DNA from: a virus
Lineage: Duplodnaviria; Caudoviricetes
DNA: 37,623 bases
Reading direction: 5' to 3' (one strand)
IMG/VR virus record: IMGVR_UViG_3300025610_000065
Span: 1 to 37,623 of that record
Positions within the stretch are counted from its first letter, which is position 1. Each line of letters opens with the position of its first letter. The position numbers were made by a program, and so were the translations under genes. The notes under the pieces are model-generated. The model made no database searches. It saw only the letters and a program-made list of their open reading frames with translations, and had not been told where the DNA came from. Shown piece after piece: positions 19,544 to 26,817 of this stretch.

Positions 19544-19766
19544 AATGTTTGTCCTCATATGTGTCGTTTGGGTTGAGGGCAGTCGTTATGACGGTGGTGA
19601 ACAGAAGTGTATCATGCACGAAAGCCAAGTAAAGTATATGACGTTGGATCAATGTCGTAACGATATACCCAAAAGCGAACAATTAATAGAAGGTGCTATA
19701 TATGATAACTTTGGCGAAGAGCCTATAGATCATAAAATTATGGCTGGATGTTTTGGAGGAGCATAA
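19536..19766 (+). CDS. hypothetical protein with hydrophobic N-terminus
   Basis: SD GAGG; MVKMFVLICVVW, four Cys. Confidence 0.55.
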   Translation: MVKMFVLICVVWVEGSRYDGGEQKCIMHESQVKYMTLDQCRNDIPKSEQLIEGAIYDNFGEEPIDHKIMAGCFGGA

Positions 19767-19951
19767 TGATTAGAAAAATACCAAAAGAAAAGTTTGTTAT
19801 CCATTGTAAGGAAACAAAGTATTACATGGTCGAGATCGAAGCTGATAACTACGATCAAGCCGTTAAAAAGTGGGAGAACATAGCCAAAAGGCGTGACTAC
19901 ACCACACTTCACAGAGAAATGGAAACACAAAGCGTGAGTCAAGAGGTATAA
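19766..19951 (+). CDS. hypothetical protein
   Basis: SD GGAGG, TAATG coupling; VEIEADNYDQA motif. Confidence 0.6.
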   Translation: MIRKIPKEKFVIHCKETKYYMVEIEADNYDQAVKKWENIAKRRDYTTLHREMETQSVSQEV

Positions 19952-19952
19952 A

Positions 19953-20207
19953 ATGAAACTTAAAATTATAAATAAAAAAGAAGATCAGCCTACACTTGAA
20001 GAAGCACAGGAATTTGTCGGTGGTTGGGTTGAAAGAATACTCTTAAAAAATGGCGATATAATGCTTATTGATGAAGAGGGTAAATTAAAACAAAATAGCA
20101 TTAATCCTAAAGCTACAGATTATTGGGTTAAGAGTTTTGGTATGACTGACGTTATCGTTGGTGATGCTATTTTAATCAAACAAAATGCTTTAACGGATTT
20201 ATGGTAA
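19953..20207 (+). CDS. DUF3846-like protein
   Basis: TLEEAQEFVGG.VE, DEEGKLK..N..AT, IVGDA. Confidence 0.75.
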   Translation: MKLKIINKKEDQPTLEEAQEFVGGWVERILLKNGDIMLIDEEGKLKQNSINPKATDYWVKSFGMTDVIVGDAILIKQNALTDLW

Positions 20208-20208
20208 T

Positions 20209-21327
20209 ATGATAGATATAAAGGTCGGAGATTGTCGGGAGGTGCTTAAAACCTTACCCGATAAGCATTTTCAAACATGTGTAACAAGTCCGCCATATTA
20301 CGGTTTGCGAGATTACGGAACTGATGCGCAAATCGGACTGGAAGAAACACCCGAACAATTTGTCGAGTCGCTGGTCAATGTGTTCCGTGAAGTCAAGCGG
20401 GTGCTTAAAGATGACGGAACTCTATGGTTGAATCTAGGCGACAGTTACTCAAGTGGCGGTAGAACTAGCACAACGAATCAAACTGTTCGGGGTAATACTG
20501 ACTACGGAGTTACTAGACCACCGCCTATTGTGGGTATAAAGCCCAAGGATTTGATCGGAATCCCGTGGCGTGTGGCGTTTGCCTTGCAAGCTGATGGTTG
20601 GTATTTGAGGCAAGATATAATCTGGCACAAGCCTAATCCCATGCCCGAAAGCGTACAGGATAGATGCACAAAAGCCCATGAATACATATTTCTTCTAAGT
20701 AAAAGCCCTTATTATTACTACGATAATGTGGCTATCAAAGAAGAAGCACAGGATTGGGGAACTCGAGACCGAACAAATGGTAAGTATCACAACGAAGGTA
20801 CTGGATTAAATCCGCATACTGGTCTGGAAAAGTCATACGAGACAAAGAACAAGCGTAGCGTCTGGACTGTTAACACAAAGCCTTACAAAGAAGCCCATTT
20901 TGCCGTGTTTCCTACTGATTTAATCGAGCCAGCGATACTGGCTGGATCTAGCGAGAAGATTTGTTCGGGTTGTGGGAAGTCGTACAGGCGTGAAATGGTC
21001 ACAACTGACGTTCCAGATAGAATTGTTCGGGATCATATGGTTGGCGTTATACCTAAACGGGATAAACCTACTCGTATGAATAGCAAGAATATGTTGTCGC
21101 TGACAAAGGAAGATAAAGGATTTGTTAAGCAATGTGATTGCGATACCAGTAAAACCGAACAAGATCGGGTCTTAGACCCTTTTGGCGGATCGGGAACTAC
21201 TGCACTGGTTGCTGACAGGCATAATAGAGATGCTACCGTTATTGAGCTAAATGAGTCGTATATTGAAATAGCTAAGAATAGACTGGAAGGCGATTCACCG
21301 CTTTTCGCAAATGTGGAGGTGAGCTAA
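20209..21327 (+). CDS. orphan N4-cytosine/N6-adenine DNA methyltransferase, beta class
   Basis: TSPPYYGLRDY catalytic motif before the LDPFGGSGTT SAM-binding motif; HFAVFP. Confidence 0.92.
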   Translation: MIDIKVGDCREVLKTLPDKHFQTCVTSPPYYGLRDYGTDAQIGLEETPEQFVESLVNVFREVKRVLKDDGTLWLNLGDSYSSGGRTSTTNQTVRGNTDYGVTRPPPIVGIKPKDLIGIPWRVAFALQADGWYLRQDIIWHKPNPMPESVQDRCTKAHEYIFLLSKSPYYYYDNVAIKEEAQDWGTRDRTNGKYHNEGTGLNPHTGLEKSYETKNKRSVWTVNTKPYKEAHFAVFPTDLIEPAILAGSSEKICSGCGKSYRREMVTTDVPDRIVRDHMVGVIPKRDKPTRMNSKNMLSLTKEDKGFVKQCDCDTSKTEQDRVLDPFGGSGTTALVADRHNRDATVIELNESYIEIAKNRLEGDSPLFANVEVS

Positions 21328-21623
21328 TGGCTAAAAAGAAACAGAAGAATTGTTCGCAATGTAAAGAAAAAATCATTATCGGCATGGAACTGGTAATGAA
21401 TAACCGAACAATTTGCATTGGTTGTGCTGTTGAGAAAGGAATAGCACAGAAATGGCAAGCGCCAGTAAGTCATGTTTTAAGCTGTAAATATGATTTATAT
21501 TCATGTGGCGAATGTTACAGAAACTACACCGTAATGATGGAGCATTTGGGCTATGTTTGTACCCTTAATGGTACGTTCTATAAGCCTACTAATGACCCTA
21601 AAATTGTGGTGCTTTATGAGTGA
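21327..21623 (+). CDS. Cys-rich hypothetical protein
   Basis: SD GGAGGT; three CxxC pairs. Confidence 0.6.
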   Translation: MAKKKQKNCSQCKEKIIIGMELVMNNRTICIGCAVEKGIAQKWQAPVSHVLSCKYDLYSCGECYRNYTVMMEHLGYVCTLNGTFYKPTNDPKIVVLYE

Positions 21624-21846
21624 TTTACTTACCGCTTACCAACTTACTCGGTAAGTAAAAATGACGGTAAGTAGTAAGTCATTGAAATTGTTCGGTTTTT
21701 TGAAGCAACTTACGGAGGTTACTTCTTATCACGGTAAGTTAGAATTTAGCTCTAAGTCATTGATTTTAAAGCTACTTACCAACTTACCGAACTTCCCCCC
21801 TAAAGGGGGTATAAGAGGGTGGTAAGTAAACCACCCCTCTTACCCT
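21624..21846. repeat. iteron-like repeat cluster, putative replication origin or packaging site
   Basis: About 12 CTTAC/GTAAG copies in both orientations, hairpins, two IHF-like sites. Confidence 0.6.
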
Positions 21847-21873
21847 ATTAAACTAACGTAGAATGGAGACAAA

Positions 21874-22074
21874 ATGGAAAACCCGTTAGAGAAAAAAAGA
21901 AGAGGTTATTTATCATTTTTTTGCGATGGTGTCATAGACGCTGTTGCACATCGTGAACTTGATATTAAAAAAAAATCATCTGCTTATTACAAACAAGGAT
22001 ATGATTTTGGTTTAACTTTTCGTGACGCATTAACGAAAGAAGATTTAGATGAAATTAGACAGGAGAAAAAGTAA
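21874..22074 (+). CDS. hypothetical protein
   Basis: SD GGAG; YKQGYDFG; coupled to terS. Confidence 0.6.
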   Translation: MENPLEKKRRGYLSFFCDGVIDAVAHRELDIKKKSSAYYKQGYDFGLTFRDALTKEDLDEIRQEKK

Positions 22075-22601
22075 TGCCAAAAGTAGCTGAGAATTTAACG
22101 AAGGAACAACGATTAGCTGGATGGAAAAGATTGACTGATAAACAGCAAGATTTTTTAAATAACTTTATGCACAAGGATATGACGCAGACAGAATCGGCTA
22201 GGCGAGCAGGATACGCAAATCCTGGCGTTGATGCTGTAAGGCTGTTGCGTAACCCAGTCGTTCAGGAACGCTATCAGGAAATGCGTGAAGAAGCTCGTAG
22301 TCGTTTCGGGGTTACTATTGATAAGTCGGTGCGTGATCTTCTTAAAATCCGTAACGAAGCGTGGGAGAGCGGTAAATTTGGTGAGGCTATTCGGGCTGAA
22401 GAATTGCGTTTAAAGGCTACTGGGTTGCTTGTAAACAAAGCTCATGTACTACATGAACGCACAGACAGCATGACAAGAGACGAAATACTGGCAAAACTAC
22501 AGGAATTCCAAGAGATAGCACAGAAACGCATGAAAACAGCCATAACCACCCATAAAGACCCAAACTTGATAGAGCAAAGTAGCGTAAAACCCAAAAACTA
22601 G
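22074..22601 (+). CDS. terS: terminase small subunit
   Basis: LTDKQQ.F...TESARRAGY...RLLRNPVV N-terminal HTH pattern of Terminase_2-type TerS. Confidence 0.8.
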   Translation: MPKVAENLTKEQRLAGWKRLTDKQQDFLNNFMHKDMTQTESARRAGYANPGVDAVRLLRNPVVQERYQEMREEARSRFGVTIDKSVRDLLKIRNEAWESGKFGEAIRAEELRLKATGLLVNKAHVLHERTDSMTRDEILAKLQEFQEIAQKRMKTAITTHKDPNLIEQSSVKPKN

Positions 22602-22629
22602 CATATTTACTTGGAGGGGGTACTCTCAG

Positions 22630-22900
22630 GGTCTCCCGAACAATTCCTGTGGGCATAGGGATCGGGGTACTATCGGGCTTGTTATCGGGCTAATTGTTCG
22701 GGCTTTGATCGGGATCGGGCTTGTGATTGGGGTCATTCTTTGCCAAATTGTTCGGGTCAGGATCGGGGTCCTCCTGCTCCCAGCAACCCGAACAATTGTT
22801 CCAGTTGTAACGCCAGCAGGTCACGCTGTCCGTCCTGCTGGAAACCGAACAATTGTTCTCTACAGCAGGTAGCTGGATCTGGCACGGCTGGTTCAGGTAA
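22630..22900. repeat. GC-rich non-coding cluster of CCGAACAATT, ATCGGG and CCTGCTG motifs
   Basis: CGAAC-type sites at 22636, 22692, 22746, 22788, 22845; several ATCGGG and CAGCAGG/CCTGCTG. Confidence 0.8.
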
Positions 22901-22946
22901 TTTATGTCATATGATATATTTTTTTTATTTTTTTTTAATTTAGTTG

Positions 22947-22975
22947 TTGACAAGGTAGCAATCATTACATATATT
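22947..22975 (+). promoter_or_regulatory. strong sigma70 promoter, cassette 1
   Basis: TTGACA-17 bp-TATATT, upstream T tract, GCAATCATTAC in spacer. Confidence 0.8.
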
Positions 22976-23007
22976 AGTATTAATTAATCAGCTAATGGAG
23001 AAAAAAA

Positions 23008-23373
23008 ATGATAGTACAAACAGTAAATGAAAACCAATTTATAGACGCTTTTAGAACTTGGGATACATACAAGAATAATTTTTCTTATGAAGGATTAAAG
23101 GCATTATATGAGGAATTAGAGCAAGTTGCGGAGTGTATGGATAGCGGTCAAGTTGAACTTGATGTAGTTGCGATCTGTTGTGATTATACAGAATACGAAA
23201 ACTTTCAAGAGTTTGTAGACGCTTACGGAGATAAATACAAATATATATTTGGCGGTAATAATGACTGCATTGATTATTATACTTCCGTCATTCTTCCTGA
23301 TTGTTGGATAGGAAAAGACCAAGACAATCACGAAGAAATAAAAGATTTACCATTTATAGTCCAACAGTTTTAA
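23008..23373 (+). CDS. acidic conserved phage early protein
   Basis: NFSYEGLKALYE, ELDVVAICCDYTE; SD GGAG. Confidence 0.75.
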   Translation: MIVQTVNENQFIDAFRTWDTYKNNFSYEGLKALYEELEQVAECMDSGQVELDVVAICCDYTEYENFQEFVDAYGDKYKYIFGGNNDCIDYYTSVILPDCWIGKDQDNHEEIKDLPFIVQQF

Positions 23374-23384
23374 CGGGGGTCAGC

Positions 23385-23462
23385 ATGTTATTTTATACAA
23401 TCTTTTTGAATGTGGTAGCATTCGCACTATTTACCGCAACAGTTTTACTCTTTCTTTTGTAA
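23385..23462 (+). CDS. 25-aa hydrophobic single-TM micropeptide, not in the ORF track
   Basis: MLFYTIFLNVVAFALFTATVLLFLL; SD-like GGGGGT; ends before the terminator. Confidence 0.45.
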   Translation: MLFYTIFLNVVAFALFTATVLLFLL

Positions 23463-23477
23463 TTGTTCGGGGATCGG

Positions 23478-23503
23478 ATCGGGGGTTCTTCCCCCGATTT
23501 TTT
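23478..23503 (+). terminator. intrinsic terminator
   Basis: ATCGGGGG-TTCTT-CCCCCGAT plus T run. Confidence 0.7.
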
Positions 23504-23640
23504 CCTGTAGATACCGAACAATTGTTCCCTCCCCTCCCCCTCCTGCTGTGAAACCTGAAACCGAACAATTGTTCTCTTTTGTCCTGCTGGTTCAGGAAAT
23601 CCTGCTGTGAAATAAAAATAAAAAAAAGTTTATTTAGTTG

Positions 23641-23669
23641 TTGACATATGTGTAATCATTACTTATATT
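23641..23669 (+). promoter_or_regulatory. strong sigma70 promoter, cassette 2
   Basis: TTGACA-17 bp-TATATT, upstream A tract, GTAATCATTAC in spacer. Confidence 0.8.
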
Positions 23670-23702
23670 AGTATTAAGTTAAACAAGCCAATGGAGAAGC
23701 AA

Positions 23703-23888
23703 ATGAATAACATGAGTAAACTGGTAACAATATGGAACGACTGGACTAAAGCGAACAACTTGCCCAGCATGAGTGCCAGCGAGCTACTTTGGCAAGAAGG
23801 GTTAGATGAAAGCCAAAAAAGATTCATCAATGCCTTCATCGAAATGTGGGAATCAATGTCAGCATACACATCATCTTGGGATCAATAG
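23703..23888 (+). CDS. hypothetical early protein (61 aa)
   Basis: SD GGAG before ATG 23703; between promoter and terminator. Confidence 0.7.
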   Translation: MNNMSKLVTIWNDWTKANNLPSMSASELLWQEGLDESQKRFINAFIEMWESMSAYTSSWDQ

Positions 23889-23897
23889 GTTTCTCCG

Positions 23898-23930
23898 AAA
23901 AAAGTCCAGCAGGTTGCTGGGCTTTTTTTT
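23898..23930 (+). terminator. intrinsic, possibly bidirectional terminator
   Basis: A run-GTCCAGCA-GGT-TGCTGGGC-T8. Confidence 0.8.
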
Positions 23931-24041
23931 ATCTACAGGGCGAACAATTGTTCGCTATTATTTTCCTGTTGGCAATGAAGCAGGTAATAAAGTAACGACT
24001 GGTAATAATAATGTTTTTATAGGTTTTTATGCTTTTACTAC

Positions 24042-24070
24042 TTGACAAGGGTAGTAATGATTGCTATATA
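24042..24070 (+). promoter_or_regulatory. sigma70 promoter, cassette 3
   Basis: TTGACA-17 bp-TATATA; GTAATGATTGC in spacer; leader TAAACAAGCCAATGGAGAA identical to cassette 2. Confidence 0.75.
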
Positions 24071-24103
24071 TATAGTAATTAAACAAGCCAATGGAGAAAT
24101 AAT

Positions 24104-24274
24104 ATGTTTGATATAGAGTATAAACTAGGTTGGAGATACATAGTCTGGGTAGGCGGTGTAGACGATTATTATAAAAACTATAAAGATGCAAAAGAGGCAG
24201 CTAAAGAGTGGACTGATGCAGGTTACGACTTTGTGGAGATTCAAGAACTATCAGAATTAAGAGGGAGTCAATAA
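24104..24274 (+). CDS. 56-aa hypothetical protein, not in the ORF track
   Basis: MFDIEYKLGWRYIVWVGGVDDYY...; SD GGAG; TAATG coupling to the next gene. Confidence 0.7.
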   Translation: MFDIEYKLGWRYIVWVGGVDDYYKNYKDAKEAAKEWTDAGYDFVEIQELSELRGSQ

Positions 24275-24738
24275 TGTTGTACTTAGCATACGGTGCAAAC
24301 CTAAACAAAAGAAACATGGCAGTAAGGTGTCCACTTGCGACACCTTTATGCAGTATTGATCTAAGAGGTTACAAGTTATCATTTAATAATGTGGCGACTA
24401 TCGTTAAATCAGAAAATGATTCCGTTCCCGTTGGAGTGTGGAGAATAACTGAAGAGTGCGAGAAAGCATTAGATAGATATGAGGGCTTTCCTAATCTATA
24501 CCGAAAAGAATACTTGGACTTGACTAAACTCGGATTGAATCAGGGTATGGTATATATAATGAACTATGGTGGTAAAGCAGTACCGAACAAAAGCTACTTC
24601 GATACCATAAAGCAGGGGTATCAGGACTTCCAGCTCAACACCGAACAATTAGTGAATGCTGTACTGGAAGCATATGATTATGAAAAAGATGCTGGTCGAG
24701 TCATTCAAACAAGGCGTGGCGGGGGTAGATGGAGGTAA
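24274..24738 (+). CDS. gamma-glutamylcyclotransferase (GGCT/AIG2-like)
   Basis: YLAYGANL...RCP, ALDRYEGFP.LY, MVYIM. Confidence 0.88.
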   Translation: MLYLAYGANLNKRNMAVRCPLATPLCSIDLRGYKLSFNNVATIVKSENDSVPVGVWRITEECEKALDRYEGFPNLYRKEYLDLTKLGLNQGMVYIMNYGGKAVPNKSYFDTIKQGYQDFQLNTEQLVNAVLEAYDYEKDAGRVIQTRRGGGRWR

Positions 24739-24760
24739 TTGTTCGCTTCACCCAGCAGGA

Positions 24761-24786
24761 AAACCCAGATCCTTCTGGGTTTTTTT
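24761..24786 (+). terminator. intrinsic terminator
   Basis: AAACCCAGA-TCCT-TCTGGGTTT plus T run. Confidence 0.8.
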
Positions 24787-25008
24787 ACAGGTAAATAACG
24801 AACAATTGTCCGCTAATCGGGAGGACGCTGATCGGGGAACACCCTGATCGGGGAATTTTCTGACGGCATTTCTGAGAATCCCAATCCTGAGATCCCCACT
24901 CTTAATGAAAATTTTTTTGATTTTTTTTTTAAAAATAAAAAAGTCAATAAAAACAAGGACTTATAAGTAATTAAATTATTTATATACTATATATACAAAA
25001 AATAAATG

Positions 25009-25036
25009 TTGTAATGATTACTAGAACTGTTATTTT
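25009..25036 (+). promoter_or_regulatory. probable promoter and operator of the amidoligase gene
   Basis: TTGTAA...TGnTATTTT; GTAATGATTAC at 25011-25021. Confidence 0.5.
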
Positions 25037-25072
25037 AATTGGACATTTTAATTTAATTGAGGAAACAAACAA

Positions 25073-26266
25073 ATGACTATTTTAAACAACAACAACAGAC
25101 CATATTTTTTAACTTTTGGTTTAGAGCCTGAATTTGTCAGACCGCATTATTCAAATGTAGATATTCATAATCATGTTGATGGAGTATTTGCAAAATCAGA
25201 TGGCAGTTTAAGAGATGGAGGAGAATTAGAATTACCAATTTATGCTGATAGCAATAGAGCATGGGAACATATAGAAAAAGTTTTTAACGTAGCAACAAAC
25301 CAATATAATTGCGTTTCAAATTCGTACAAATGTTCTGTTCATGTTCATATTGGAATGCGACCAATAGACAGAACAATTGTTAATGAACAAACTTTTACAA
25401 ATGAAAGTATTAATTTTGCACAATCAAATAATAATATTAGATCGAGAATTGGAGCAAAAATATCTGATTATTTTGGGCAACCTTTACCGCTAGAAATTGC
25501 TAGAGATGTTAGTTATAGAATTGTAAAAGATATAGCTTTATTTTCAACAATGCTAACACCAAAACGTAGAGACTGTTATTACGCTAAGTATCCATCAACA
25601 ACTGCACAAGCCATACAAAACACTAGAGCGGATATAAATAGCTTAATATCATCAATAAGCACAGAACGTAAGTATTCAGCGATTAACTTACTATCACTTG
25701 CACCAAATAATTATAGTAACAATGTAAAGTATACTATGGAATTTAGATCACATAGCGGATCTATGGATATGCCAAAGTTAAGAAATTGGATAAGATTTTT
25801 ATTAAACTTAGCTTATCACTCAATTGATACTAGATTTGTACAAGCTCAGAGCTTGCTACAAACACCAAACGTAATTGCAAGGCATGGAACAAAAGCACAA
25901 ATTGTTTGGGAGCTTGCAAGATCAGATAATGGAGCATCTACACAAGAATTAATGAATGCTAGCAATATAAGATCAGCTCAGAGAATTAGAGTTATGTTTA
26001 GTGAATGGAGAACTCAGTTAGCAAATACTTTTGGACAGAATGTTATTGAAACATTAACACAACAACATTATGGACATAGATATTCTACAAGTAACGGACA
26101 ACACGATTTAAACGGCTATAGAATACCTAGAGAAATTCAAGGTAATGGAAACGGTTATGTATTTAATGGTGCAGGAGATGCAGGAATACTTGCAGGAATG
26201 AATGCAGAATTATTGAATGCAACCAACCAAAGAATTCAAGAAATTGCTACTATCCGATCTCGATAG
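25073..26266 (+). CDS. amidoligase (COOH-NH2 ligase, Amidoligase_2-like) with C-terminal winged-HTH-like extension
   Basis: TFGLEPE, SDGSL, GELELP, CSVHVH, KY.AIN, TMEFR.HSG, NWI. Confidence 0.85.
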   Translation: MTILNNNNRPYFLTFGLEPEFVRPHYSNVDIHNHVDGVFAKSDGSLRDGGELELPIYADSNRAWEHIEKVFNVATNQYNCVSNSYKCSVHVHIGMRPIDRTIVNEQTFTNESINFAQSNNNIRSRIGAKISDYFGQPLPLEIARDVSYRIVKDIALFSTMLTPKRRDCYYAKYPSTTAQAIQNTRADINSLISSISTERKYSAINLLSLAPNNYSNNVKYTMEFRSHSGSMDMPKLRNWIRFLLNLAYHSIDTRFVQAQSLLQTPNVIARHGTKAQIVWELARSDNGASTQELMNASNIRSAQRIRVMFSEWRTQLANTFGQNVIETLTQQHYGHRYSTSNGQHDLNGYRIPREIQGNGNGYVFNGAGDAGILAGMNAELLNATNQRIQEIATIRSR

Positions 26267-26299
26267 TAGCAACCAAAACAATTGTAATTAAAATGTAAA

Positions 26300-26330
26300 A
26301 GGCGGGATTTTTCCCGCCTATTTTTTATTT
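26300..26330 (+). terminator. intrinsic terminator
   Basis: AGGCGGGA-TTTT-TCCCGCCT plus T-rich tail. Confidence 0.8.
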
Positions 26331-26531
26331 ATTAACAGAACAATTGTATTTATTTAATTATTCTTAAAATTATCTAAGTTATTGATTTTACTATATAAAT
26401 CGGGGATATACACCCTATACACCACCAAAATATATATACAAACAATCAAAAAAGTTCTAAACCGTGTTCCCCTCAAACGACCCCCATCAATTTCAAAAAC
26501 GACCTCCAAAAAAAATTTTATAAAAAAAATC

Positions 26532-26560
26532 TTGCACTTTTTGGTATTCATTGCTACATC
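26532..26560 (+). promoter_or_regulatory. promoter of the XRE operon with operator-like spacer
   Basis: TTGCAC-17 bp-TACATC; GTATTCATTGC at 26544-26554. Confidence 0.5.
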
Positions 26561-26580
26561 TTGTATGTTAGGAGGGCATT

Positions 26581-26817
26581 ATGCCTAGATATAGATTAAG
26601 CTACGGAAGGAAGAGGACGTTTGAGTCTGATGACATCATGGGTGTTTTGGATTTTATGGGTATAAGCAAGAGTGATTCAGAGACTAAGTGGTTGAAGGAC
26701 AACGCTATGGACATTTGCAACTATGCTTACAAGCCGATTAGGTTTGGAACGAAGGAAGAATTTGTAGAAGACTTAGTAAAAATGAATTTATTAGAGGAGT
26801 TAGCCAATGAAACGTAA
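26581..26817 (+). CDS. hypothetical protein
   Basis: SD AGGAGG; overlaps the XRE gene. Confidence 0.65.
   Translation: MPRYRLSYGRKRTFESDDIMGVLDFMGISKSDSETKWLKDNAMDICNYAYKPIRFGTKEEFVEDLVKMNLLEELANET

Noticed and set aside
22690-22965. Track ORFs 22740..22943 (+) and 22690..22965 (-)
   Set aside because: Their PNNCS/DPDP repeats are translations of the DNA motifs; no SD; treated as non-coding
23806-24045. Track ORFs 23806..24045 and 24656..24847
   Set aside because: They run through terminators and motif spacers
22630-24860. CRISPR mini-array, given the Cas4-like gene and palindromic repeats
   Set aside because: Repeats are short, irregularly spaced, in both orientations and separated by genes; solo Cas4-like nucleases are common in phages
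26354-26588. Track ORFs 26354..26551 and 26382..26588
   Set aside because: Low-complexity tract with terminus-like and promoter features; no coding support
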